Shown one piece after another: positions 1 through 7,311 of a stretch of DNA of 20,978 nucleotides (position 1 is its first letter; each line of letters begins with the position of its first letter). The DNA is from an uncultured Clostridia bacterium (GTDB lineage: Bacteria; Bacillota; Clostridia; TANB77; UBA1234). The position numbers and the translations under genes are program-made. The stretch lies in assembly GCA_947624765.1 (NCBI GenBank), contig CANQLS010000004.1, positions 1-20,978 of the forward strand, in the 5' to 3' direction. The notes under the pieces are model-generated. The model saw only the letters and a list, made by a program, of their open reading frames with translations. It searched no databases and was not told where the DNA came from.

Positions 1-159
1 ATAGATACAGCAAATGCCTATGTAAATGAAAAAGGTGTAGGTAGAGGAATAAAAAAATCAGGAGTTGCAAGAGAAGATAAACCAGCAGTTTTACAAGTGG
101 AAGCACATCCTTATTATCAGCAAGGAGAGCAGGAACAACAGCAACATTTGACCAATTAA
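1..159 (+). pseudogene. Aldo/keto reductase remnant, internally deleted and 3'-truncated
   Basis: Frame 1 reads IDTANAYVNEKGVGRGIKKSGVARED|KPAVLQVEAHPYYQQ and then leaves the family pattern (GEQEQQQHLTN*). Aldo/keto reductases have IDTAxxYxNExxVGxGIKxSGVxRE near the N-terminus and KPAVxQVExHPYxQQ roughly 120 residues later; here the two are adjacent. Confidence 0.8.
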
Positions 160-386
160 ATAAATATTTTGCAATGAATCAAATGCCAATTATATCATCA
201 AGGTATTGGAATATGGTTCATGACGGAACGCCAGAAGAAGTAAGAAAAGATGAAGAAGGAATGCAAATTATGAGAATACTAGGAAAGAATATGGCGTATT
301 TCCTAAAGTGTCAAGAAGCTGCCAAAAAAGCAGGAATAACTATGCCACCAGTAGAGAAGATAACTTTTACGAATTTTATTAGATAA
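123..386 (+). pseudogene. C-terminal fragment of a flavodoxin-fold NAD(P)H/FMN-dependent oxidoreductase
   Basis: The frame of ORF 174..386, extended upstream, reads (SA)RRAGTTATFDQLNKYFAMNQMPIISSRYWNMVHDGTPEEVRKDEEGMQIMRILGKNMAYFLKC...TNFIR*, resembling the C-terminal part of NADPH-dependent FMN reductase/iron-sulfur flavoprotein-like oxidoreductases. The N-terminal FMN-binding part is absent. Confidence 0.7.
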
Positions 387-492
387 ATAGCAAATTATTG
401 CTTGGAATTTATAAATAAATTTTAAAAATTCATAGATTTTCATAGAAAAAATGGTATAATATTAGTGTAAATCTATTTTGGAGGTAAAGAAT

Positions 493-735
493 ATGTCTAT
501 AGAAAAACAAAAATTGTATAATGAAATAGAAACATTACCAGAAGAACTTACAAATCAAGTTATTAATTTTGTTGAATATTTAAAATTATCATATATAGAT
601 AAAGAAGCACCAGATAGTGTTACTATAAAAAGTAAGAAAGATTTAAAAGAAAAATTACAAAAAGGACTTGATGATATAAAAGAAAATAGACTATACTCTC
701 TAGATGATGTTTTCAGTAAAATAGAGAATATATAA
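493..735 (+). CDS. Putative type II antitoxin (DUF2281/RelB-like)
   Basis: MSIEKQKLYNEIETLPEELTNQVINFVEYLKL... is typical of DUF2281-like antitoxins. ATG at 493 has GAGGTAAAG just upstream; the supplied 478 start would be a TTG. The gene is immediately followed by a RelE/ParE-like ORF. Confidence 0.7.
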   Translation: MSIEKQKLYNEIETLPEELTNQVINFVEYLKLSYIDKEAPDSVTIKSKKDLKEKLQKGLDDIKENRLYSLDDVFSKIENI

Positions 736-750
736 AGGGGAGTATTGGCT

Positions 751-1074
751 ATGAAAAGATATATAGTAGAAATGTCAGATACTGCTGAACAAGACTTGGA
801 AAATATTATTTCATATCTAAAATATGATTTGGCAGGAGATATTATAGCAGATAAGTATAAAATTTTATTTAAGCAAGAATTAAAGAAACTAGAAGATGTT
901 GCTGGAATAATGCCTATTTTAGAAGAAGAATTAACAGGACATAAAAACATTAGAAAAATTAATGTGAGAAATTATATAATTTTTTATATTATTGATGAGG
1001 CTGTTGGTAAAGCTTTGGTAGTGAGAATAGGACATTGTTTTATGGATTGGGAAAAATATTTAAAAGATGAATAA
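751..1074 (+). CDS. Type II toxin, RelE/ParE superfamily
   Basis: Small protein with VEMSDTAEQDLENIISYLKYDLA...KIRKINVRNYIIFYIIDEAVGKALVVRIGHCFMDWEKYL pattern; 15 bp after the antitoxin-like gene, with AAAGGGGAG as SD before ATG 751. Confidence 0.8.
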   Translation: MKRYIVEMSDTAEQDLENIISYLKYDLAGDIIADKYKILFKQELKKLEDVAGIMPILEEELTGHKNIRKINVRNYIIFYIIDEAVGKALVVRIGHCFMDWEKYLKDE

Positions 1075-1102
1075 ATTTAGTTTAACATATCATTTTAATG
1101 TG

Positions 1103-1130
1103 GATATAATAGAAATATTATATCTATTTT
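1103..1130 (+). terminator. Candidate terminator after the TA locus
   Basis: GATATAATA-GAAA-TATTATATC perfect 9-bp stem followed by TATTTTTA. Very AT-rich, so moderate confidence. Confidence 0.4.
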
Positions 1131-1235
1131 TATATCCAGAGTGATAACACAATTCGTATAAACAAATGGTTGTATTTACAATTACTTGTTTTTTTTATAT
1201 AATCGAACTATAAAAATAATAATTTATAAAGGAAA

Positions 1236-1658
1236 ATGATTATTATGAGATATGAAAAAAATATTTTAACTAGTGAAATTTATTGCGAATTAAGAAAAAG
1301 TGTAGAATGGTTTGAATTGCCAAAAATTAAAATAGATGAGGCTATAAAAAATAGTATATATACTATAACTGTATTTGACGGAGATAATCCTGTAGGTATG
1401 GGAAGATTAATTGGAGATGGCATTTATTTTGTTATTGTAGATGTTGTTGTGAATCCAGAATATCAAAGAAAAGGTATTGGCACTCAAATAGTAAATATGT
1501 TTATTGACTACGTGGATAAAGAAACAATAACAGGTAGTCGTTCGAGTATTCAATTAATAGCCGAAAAAGGAAAAGAAGGTTTTTATGAGAAACTTGGATT
1601 TAAAAAGATACCAAACGAATTTTGTGGCAGTGGTATGAGAAAAGGTATTCGTAAATAG
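1236..1658 (+). CDS. GNAT family N-acetyltransferase
   Basis: Contains VVVNPEYQRKGIGTQIVNMFIDYV (V-x-P-x-x-Q-x-x-G-I/x-G acetyl-CoA binding motif) and FYEKLGFKKIPNEFCGSGMRK. Start could also be ATG 1245 (MRYEKN...). Confidence 0.9.
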   Translation: MIIMRYEKNILTSEIYCELRKSVEWFELPKIKIDEAIKNSIYTITVFDGDNPVGMGRLIGDGIYFVIVDVVVNPEYQRKGIGTQIVNMFIDYVDKETITGSRSSIQLIAEKGKEGFYEKLGFKKIPNEFCGSGMRKGIRK

Positions 1659-1736
1659 CCCATACAATCTTGAAAGAAATATATAAACAAATACATTTCA
1701 TATACATTTGAAGCGCAATATGTATGTAAAATGTAA
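1644..1736 (+). repeat. Copy A of a ~90-100 nt repeated element with hairpin
   Basis: GGtATTCGTAAATAGC...TTTCATATaCATTTgAAGCGCAATATgTATg matches 6737..6840. 15-nt arms 1693..1707 and 1720..1734 pair with one mismatch and one G-U. Confidence 0.6.
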
Positions 1737-1771
1737 AGGCAATAATATGAATAAGCGTAACATAAATGTTG

Positions 1772-1806
1772 AAAATAGCTATGTGTAAACATAAGCTATT
1801 TTTTTG
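1772..1806 (+). terminator. Rho-independent terminator downstream of the GNAT gene
   Basis: AAAATAGCTATG tgtaaa CATAAGCTATTTTTTT: paired arms (one bulge) followed by a T-run. Confidence 0.65.
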
Positions 1807-1836
1807 AAAAAAAGGTATAATTTTTTTAAAATAATA

Positions 1837-1883
1837 TTGACACTGTGTCAGGATTAGTATATTATGATACTGACAAGGTGTCA
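1837..1883 (+). promoter_or_regulatory. Consensus sigma-A-type promoter with two operator-like palindromes
   Basis: TTGACA (1837..1842), 17-nt spacer, TATTAT (1860..1865). TGACACTGTGTCA (1838..1850) overlaps the -35 and TGACAAGGTGTCA (1871..1883) overlaps the expected +1. Confidence 0.75.
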
Positions 1884-1895
1884 GAGGGAGGAGAA

Positions 1896-2633
1896 ATGAT
1901 AATGAATCGTTTTGAAGAAAGCAAAGAAGTATTTAACAAATTATTTGGAGAATTATCAGATGCGGAAAAGGAAATAGATCATGAACTTATGGAAATTTTG
2001 AGGAGGTTTATATTTGGAGATGTTTTCCATAGTAGTGATGAACTAGATTTGAAAGAGAGAGAATTAATTACTGTAACAATTTTAGCAGTATTACAAACAC
2101 TTCCACAATTGTCTGCACATATCAATGCAGCATTAAATGTAGGAGCAACTCCTATAGAAGTAAGAGAAACTATTTATCAGTTAGCACCTTTTATAGGTTT
2201 TCCAAGAACATTAAATGCAGTAAGCACAATGAACGAAGTTTTTAAATCAAGAGAAATTAAATTACCATTAGAAAACATGGGAACAGTAACAGATGAAACA
2301 AGGTTTGAAGAAGGTTTTAAAATTCAAAATCCAATATATGGAGATGAAATAAAGGGAAAATATCTGGATGTACCTGAAATTCCTAAATATTTAACAGAAT
2401 TTGGCTTTGGAGATTTTTATACAAGAAAAGGTTTAGACATAAAAACAAGAGAATTACTTGTATTAGTTGGTTTAACAACAATAAGGTCTGATACTCAAAT
2501 AAAAGCTCATGTGCTTGGAAATATAAAGGTAGGAAATTCAAAGGAGAAATTGCTAGCTGCTATGTTACAATGTTTACCTTATATAGGGTTCCCAAACACA
2601 ATGAATACAATTAATATTATAAAAAGCATTTAA
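1896..2633 (+). CDS. Carboxymuconolactone decarboxylase family protein (tandem CMD domains)
   Basis: Two CMD-like modules (LKERELITVTILAVLQTLPQLSAHINAALNVGATPIEVRETIYQLAPFIGFPRTLNAV and LDIKTRELLVLVGLTTIRSDTQIKAHVLGNIKVGNSKEKLLAAMLQCLPYIGFPNTMNTI). GGGAGGAG SD precedes ATG 1896; the longer 1845 start would lie within the promoter region. Confidence 0.88.
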   Translation: MIMNRFEESKEVFNKLFGELSDAEKEIDHELMEILRRFIFGDVFHSSDELDLKERELITVTILAVLQTLPQLSAHINAALNVGATPIEVRETIYQLAPFIGFPRTLNAVSTMNEVFKSREIKLPLENMGTVTDETRFEEGFKIQNPIYGDEIKGKYLDVPEIPKYLTEFGFGDFYTRKGLDIKTRELLVLVGLTTIRSDTQIKAHVLGNIKVGNSKEKLLAAMLQCLPYIGFPNTMNTINIIKSI

Positions 2634-2654
2634 AAGAGAGAAGGATGATAAAAA

Positions 2655-3263
2655 ATGGAAATAAAATCAGCAGATGAAAGAAGAGAAGAAATTATAAATG
2701 CTTGTGAAGAATTATATCAGTCTAAAAGTTTTAAGGAAATAACTTTAAAAGATATAAGCGAAAAGACTACATTTTCAAGACCTTCTATATATAATTACTT
2801 TCAGACAAAAGAAGAAATATTTTTAGCGATTTTGAAAAGAGAGTATGAAAAATGGATAAAAGATTTAGCAAATATATATTTAAAAAACGATAAACTAAAA
2901 AAAGATGAATTTGCAACTAAAATTGCAAAAACAATTGAAAAGAGAGAACAGTTATTAAAACTTTTGTCAATGAATTTATATGATATGGAAGCAAATAGTC
3001 GTATGGAACAATTAATAGAGTTTAAGAAAAGTTATGGAGAATCACTAAAAGCAGTTAGAAAGTGTCTAGATAAATTTTTTAAGAATATGAGTGAAGAAGA
3101 AAAAGATAAATTTGTTTTTTCATTTTTTCCATTGATGTACGGAATTTATCCATATACTCGTGCTACTGAGAAACAAAAAGAAGCTATGAAAAAAGCAGAA
3201 GTTCCATTTAAGTTCTTTTCAATATATAAAATGGTGTATGAAAGTATAATGAAGTTGTTGTAA
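2655..3263 (+). CDS. TetR/AcrR family transcriptional regulator
   Basis: N-terminal HTH: RREEIINACEELYQSKSFKEITLKDISEKTTFSRPSIYNYFQTKEEIFLAIL. Confidence 0.92.
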   Translation: MEIKSADERREEIINACEELYQSKSFKEITLKDISEKTTFSRPSIYNYFQTKEEIFLAILKREYEKWIKDLANIYLKNDKLKKDEFATKIAKTIEKREQLLKLLSMNLYDMEANSRMEQLIEFKKSYGESLKAVRKCLDKFFKNMSEEEKDKFVFSFFPLMYGIYPYTRATEKQKEAMKKAEVPFKFFSIYKMVYESIMKLL

Positions 3264-3311
3264 AAAAGTTTTAAAATGATAAAAATATTTAAAGAAAGAA
3301 GGAAAAGTAAT

Positions 3312-3992
3312 ATGAATAAAAAAGTATTGGTTTTGGTAATTGCAATTGTTTTAACTACATTAGGTGTTGGAGTTTTTATAGCAAGTTCTAGTGGACCTAA
3401 TAATACAAATAATGATAATTTAAATGAAAATATAAATGAATCTAACAATTTAGAAGAAAATAATAATGTACCAAATTTAGATGAAAATTCTAATAGTGGT
3501 AATAATCTAGGTAATATAGAAAATAATTCGAATAATGATGATAATTCAAGTGATGCGGAAGATAATGAAGAAACATCTAATAGCGATAATATTGCAATTG
3601 TTTATTTTTCTGCAACAGGGACGACAAGAAGAGTTGCAGAATATATAAAAGATGCTACTGGTGGAGATTTGATTGAAATTGAGCCAAAAGAAAAGTATAC
3701 AGATGATGATTTAAATTATAATAATACTAATAGTAGATCTACGAGAGAACAAAATGACTCTTCTGTAAGACCAGAAATTGCAAATACAATTGATACAAGT
3801 TCTTTTGATGTAATTTATTTGGGTTATCCAATTTGGTGGGGAGATGCACCAAGAATAATTTTAACATTTTTAGATACTTATGATTTAAGTGGAAAAACAG
3901 TTATTCCATTCTGCACATCAGGAGGTTCTGGAATAGGTTCAAGTGTTAGCTATTTTAGTTCCTTATGGAGTAGGAATGATTCCATTAAATAA
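3312..3992 (+). pseudogene. Exported flavodoxin-like protein, 3'-truncated at a chimeric junction
   Basis: N-terminal hydrophobic signal/anchor, Asn/Glu-rich linker, then flavodoxin fold IAIVYFSATGTTRRVAEYIKDATGGDLIEIEP...YLGYPIWWGDAPRIILTFLDTYDLSGKTVIPFCTSGGSGIGSSV, which then diverges (YFSSLWSRNDSIK*). SD AAGAAGGAAAAG precedes ATG 3312. Confidence 0.75.
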
Positions 3993-4590
3993 TATTGAAG
4001 AAGCATTAAAGATTATGAACGAAATAAAGGAAAATGAATATTTAGTAGGAATACAATTATTCACAAGACATTTAGGAAAATCTGTTGCAGATAATGAGTT
4101 TAGAAGTATTTTTGAAAAAGCATCAGAATTAGATATGCCAATATGGATACATCCTGTTTTTGATGAAAGAAAACCAGATAATAATATGGTATTTAGCTGG
4201 GAATATGAATTATCACAAGCAATGATGCAAATAGTACAGGCAAATATTTTTAAAGATTTTCCTAATATAAAAATAATTGTGCATCATGCAGGAGCAATGA
4301 TACCATTTTTTGCGGGTAGAATAGATAATATATTACCAAAAGAACAAGCAGAAGATTTTAAAAAATTCTACGTGGATACAGCCATACTTGGAAATACGAA
4401 AGCACTAGAACTTGCATTGTCTTATTTTGGAGAAGATAAGGTTTTATATGGTACAGATGCACCACTTGGAATTATGCCTGCAGGAGCAACAAAAGAAATA
4501 GAGGATGCAATAAATGAACTTCCAGTAAATGAAGATATAAAAGAAAAAATCTATAATAAAAATATTATGAAGTTAATAAATCAAAATTAA
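3960..4590 (+). pseudogene. Amidohydrolase family (amidohydrolase_2/ACMSD-like), 5'-truncated
   Basis: GVGMIPLNNIEEALKIMNEIKENEYLVGIQL...IWIHPVFDE...NIKIIVHHAGAMIPFFAGRI...FYVDTAILG...YFGEDKVLYGTDAPLG is the C-terminal ~2/3 of an amidohydrolase; the N-terminal metal-binding HxH region is missing. The supplied ORF start (GTG 3943) lies inside flavodoxin coding sequence. Confidence 0.75.
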
Positions 4591-4678
4591 ATATAATGGG
4601 TAAATAGTTTAAATTTAAAATAATAAATATATAATGAATTCAGAATAAAAAGTAATTTATTATAAGGGGGGAGATTTT

Positions 4679-5176
4679 ATATTTTTAATACTTTTATATA
4701 TTTTTATTTTTTATAAAAAATGGAAAGAAAAAGGAAAAGATAAATTGCTTGTTAATACCATTATGTATATATATTTATCTTTTGTATTATATTTTACTTT
4801 GATGCCAATTATAACATCTTTACTGTTTATATTTGATCATCCATATGATTCAATGAATTTAGTACCATTTGTTGATGTAATAAATGGTAGAGGAGATTTT
4901 GTTAGACAAGTATTATTAAATGTAATAATGACGATTCCATTTGGTTTTTTATTTCCTCTTACAAATAATAAAAATCCCAATTTTCTAAAAACAATAATTT
5001 ATACGATTTTATTAAGTTTAAGTATTGAATTGTTACAACCTTTAATAAACGGTTGTAGATCATCTGATATAACTGATATAATAACTAATGTTATAGGTGG
5101 AATAATTGGATATATAGGATATTTAATTTTCAAACCCTTGACTACAAAAATACTAAACTATATAAAAAATAAGTAA
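4679..5176 (+). CDS. VanZ-like family membrane protein, start codon uncertain
   Basis: YLSFVLYFTLMPI...NLVPFVDV...VLLNVIMTIPFGFLFPL...LLSLSIELLQPLI...CRSSDITDIITNVIGGIIGYIGY is VanZ-like. The same frame stays open upstream to AAGGGGGGAG at 4664..4673 and encodes an extra hydrophobic segment, but has no ATG/GTG/TTG before TTG 4745; ATA 4679 is at the expected position. Confidence 0.7.
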   Translation: MFLILLYIFIFYKKWKEKGKDKLLVNTIMYIYLSFVLYFTLMPIITSLLFIFDHPYDSMNLVPFVDVINGRGDFVRQVLLNVIMTIPFGFLFPLTNNKNPNFLKTIIYTILLSLSIELLQPLINGCRSSDITDIITNVIGGIIGYIGYLIFKPLTTKILNYIKNK

Positions 5177-5330
5177 TACAAATTATAAGAGCACCGGAAA
5201 AACGAGAAATTTCTTATTGTTGACAGTATACAACCTTAAGATATATAATTTTAAAATGAGATGATAAGAAAAATGATTTGCCAAAGAAATAACAATTAGT
5301 TTGTTATCATTAGGTTATATGAATAGTAGT

Positions 5331-5356
5331 ATTTTATATAAAGGTTTATATAAAAT
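5331..5356. promoter_or_regulatory. 26-bp perfect palindrome upstream of the DUF3841-like gene
   Basis: ATTTTATATAAA-GG-TTTATATAAAAT, immediately before SD TTAGGAGAAT and ATG 5372. Confidence 0.45.
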
Positions 5357-5371
5357 GTTAGGAGAATAATA

Positions 5372-6051
5372 ATGAGATTAATAATATTTCAATCATTTGA
5401 AGCATTAAAAAGCTTAATAGATAATGGATATCTAATTTGTGATGATAAGTACATAGATAAAAAGAAATTTGAATTCATTTATGAATGGATTATAGAAAAA
5501 ATGAGTAAGCAAGTTGTTAACAATATAAATGCAAAATATCCAATTTGGTGCTGGGTTAAGTGTTATAATGGAATCTGCCCACCAAAAAGAAAAAAAGCAG
5601 AAAAAGTAAGTGGATTTGATGTGAAATAACTTTTAACAAAAACAATAAAGAGGTATTTATAACAGATTTTAGAAGATATTCATTTTTGCTTAATAATGTT
5701 TATATTCCGAAATCAATAGAAGATAAAAATAAATTTAATAATGAATTGTTAAAAAAGAATATAACATTGGAAGAATTAAAAGCATATGTTAGACAAGACA
5801 AATATGAAAGTTATAGGCAAGATAAAGAATTTTTAGATATATGTGAAAAAATTAGAAAAAGTTTTGATAGATGTATAACGGAAGATAGTGATATACTTCA
5901 AGGCTGTGTGTGGGATATAAAATTGGAAGATATTGAAAAAATAGAGTTTCTAAATTCAAATGATGATTATTCATATGGAACTTTAAATTATATTAGAGCA
6001 AACAACAAAAGAATAAATTGGATTGAAGACTTTTATAAATTACTAAAATAG
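5372..6051 (+). pseudogene. DUF3841-like protein gene split by a single-nucleotide frameshift
   Basis: ORF 5372..5629 (MRLIIFQSFEALKSLIDNGYLICDD...FEFIYEWIIEKMSKQV...YPIWCWVKCY...) continues in the frame of ORF 5686..6051 as ITFNKNNKEVFITDFRRYSFLLNNVYIPKSIED...GCVWDIKLEDIEKIEF. Adding one A in GTGAAATAAC (5621..5630) restores ...FDVKITFNKNNKEVFITDF. Confidence 0.75.
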
Positions 6052-6151
6052 ATTAAAAGTTTTAACTAGAGCTACAAATAATAGAAAAAAGCAGTAGAAG
6101 CGCCTGGCAAAAGTACTTCAAATGAATGGTGTGAGTATAAAAGGAGAGTAT

Positions 6152-6622
6152 ATGGAAATTATAAAGTTAGAAGATAGTAATAATTATATTTTTGAAAAAA
6201 TATGTGAATGGAATTATAACTGGTGGGGAATAAGGAATAATGTTAGTTTTGAGGCAGTAAAATGTAATTTAGAACATTCCTTATGCAAAGAAAAATTACC
6301 TCAAACATTTGTAGCTTTAATTGATGGAGAGCCAGCAGGTATGTATCAGCTAGCAATGTCTGATGATTTAGATAGTAGACCAGATATTTATCCTTGGCTC
6401 ATTAATGTATATGTTGATGAACAATATAGAGGAAGAAATGTTTGCAGAAATTTGATGAACACAGTAAATGAAAATGCCAAAAAAGCAAATTTAACAGAAT
6501 TGTTTTTATATACAAAGCATATAGGATTATATGAAAAATTTGGTTGGAAGTTTATGGAAGAAGTAAAAACTTTTAAAGAAGATTCTCCAATAGAAAGATT
6601 ATATAGATTAGAAATAAAGTGA
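6152..6622 (+). CDS. GNAT family N-acetyltransferase
   Basis: PWLINVYVDEQYRGRNVCRNLMNTVNENAKKANLTELFLYTKHIGLYEKFGWKFMEE; AAAAGGAGAG SD before ATG 6152. Confidence 0.92.
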   Translation: MEIIKLEDSNNYIFEKICEWNYNWWGIRNNVSFEAVKCNLEHSLCKEKLPQTFVALIDGEPAGMYQLAMSDDLDSRPDIYPWLINVYVDEQYRGRNVCRNLMNTVNENAKKANLTELFLYTKHIGLYEKFGWKFMEEVKTFKEDSPIERLYRLEIK

Positions 6623-6650
6623 TTTTAAATTGCAATTTTTCCAATAAAGG

Positions 6651-6680
6651 CGAGTAATTATTGAAAATTACTCGTCTTTA
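6651..6680 (+). terminator. Candidate intrinsic terminator after the GNAT gene
   Basis: CGAGTAATT-ATTGA(A)-AATTACTCG followed by TCTTTAT. Confidence 0.55.
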
Positions 6681-6736
6681 TGTTAGCATTTATTTAATAA
6701 AACACAATTTGTAGAAGAATTAAATGGATTTCCAAG

Positions 6737-6840
6737 GGCATTCGTAAATAGCTTATACAACTCATAATTTATGAGAGAAAGATATAAGCAAATATTGACG
6801 TTTCATATGCATTTAAAGCGCAATATTTATATGAATGTAG
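6737..6840 (+). repeat. Copy B of a ~90-100 nt repeated element with hairpin
   Basis: GGcATTCGTAAATAGC...GATATAAgCAAAT...TTTCATATgCATTTaAAGCGCAATATtTATAtGAATGTA, similar to 1644..1736; TTCATAT 6802..6808 pairs with ATATGAA 6829..6835. Confidence 0.6.
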
Positions 6841-6859
6841 ATTTTAAGGAGGAAATATA

Positions 6860-7189
6860 ATGGAAAGAATTTATAACAAACTAGTTAGAGATAATATACC
6901 AAATATTATTATTTCAAATGGTGAAACACCAATTACTAAAATTTTAGATGACGATACATATAAAGTAGAATTAGAAAAGAAACTAAATGAAGAATACAAT
7001 GAGGTATTAAATGCTGCTGGAGAAGATAGAATAGAGGAATTAGCTGATATGCTTGAAATTATAAAAGCATTAGCTAAATTAGAAAATAAATCATTACAGG
7101 ATGTTATTGATTGCTCAAATGAAAAGGCTAAAAAAAGAGGAGCATTTGACAAAAAAATTTTTTTGGAAAAAGTAATTGAAAAGAATTAA
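6860..7189 (+). CDS. MazG-like nucleotide/phosphoribosyl-ATP pyrophosphohydrolase-like protein
   Basis: YNKLVRDNIPNIIISNGETPITKILDDDTYKVELEKKLNEEYNEVLNA...EELADMLEIIKALAK, with the KLVRDxIP start and ExxE...EExxD all-alpha NTP-PPase motif; GGAGG SD upstream. Confidence 0.88.
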   Translation: MERIYNKLVRDNIPNIIISNGETPITKILDDDTYKVELEKKLNEEYNEVLNAAGEDRIEELADMLEIIKALAKLENKSLQDVIDCSNEKAKKRGAFDKKIFLEKVIEKN

Positions 7190-7311
7190 TATACTTAAAT
7201 TGACTGATTTGTAATATTACTATATAATAAACTCTGAAATGCTAACAAAGTCGTTTAAAGAAATATAATGCGAATCAATAATAAAATATTTTATAGAAAG
7301 GAAGAATTAGC

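Noticed and set aside
555-950. Minus-strand ORF of 131 aa over the toxin-antitoxin genes
   Set aside because: Antiparallel to two convincing + strand genes; low-complexity, no domain-like pattern. Shadow ORF.
493-6622. A new defence island built on the TA pair, GNATs, DUF3841-like and VanZ-like genes
   Set aside because: Components are common accessory genes with individual promoters/terminators and at least one frameshift; no nuclease, helicase, NTPase or reverse transcriptase hallmark gene is linked.
1644-6840. The two repeat copies as integron attC sites flanking a cassette array
   Set aside because: No integrase and no recognisable GTTRRRY/RYYYAAC core pairs; the enclosed DNA is not organised as one gene per element.
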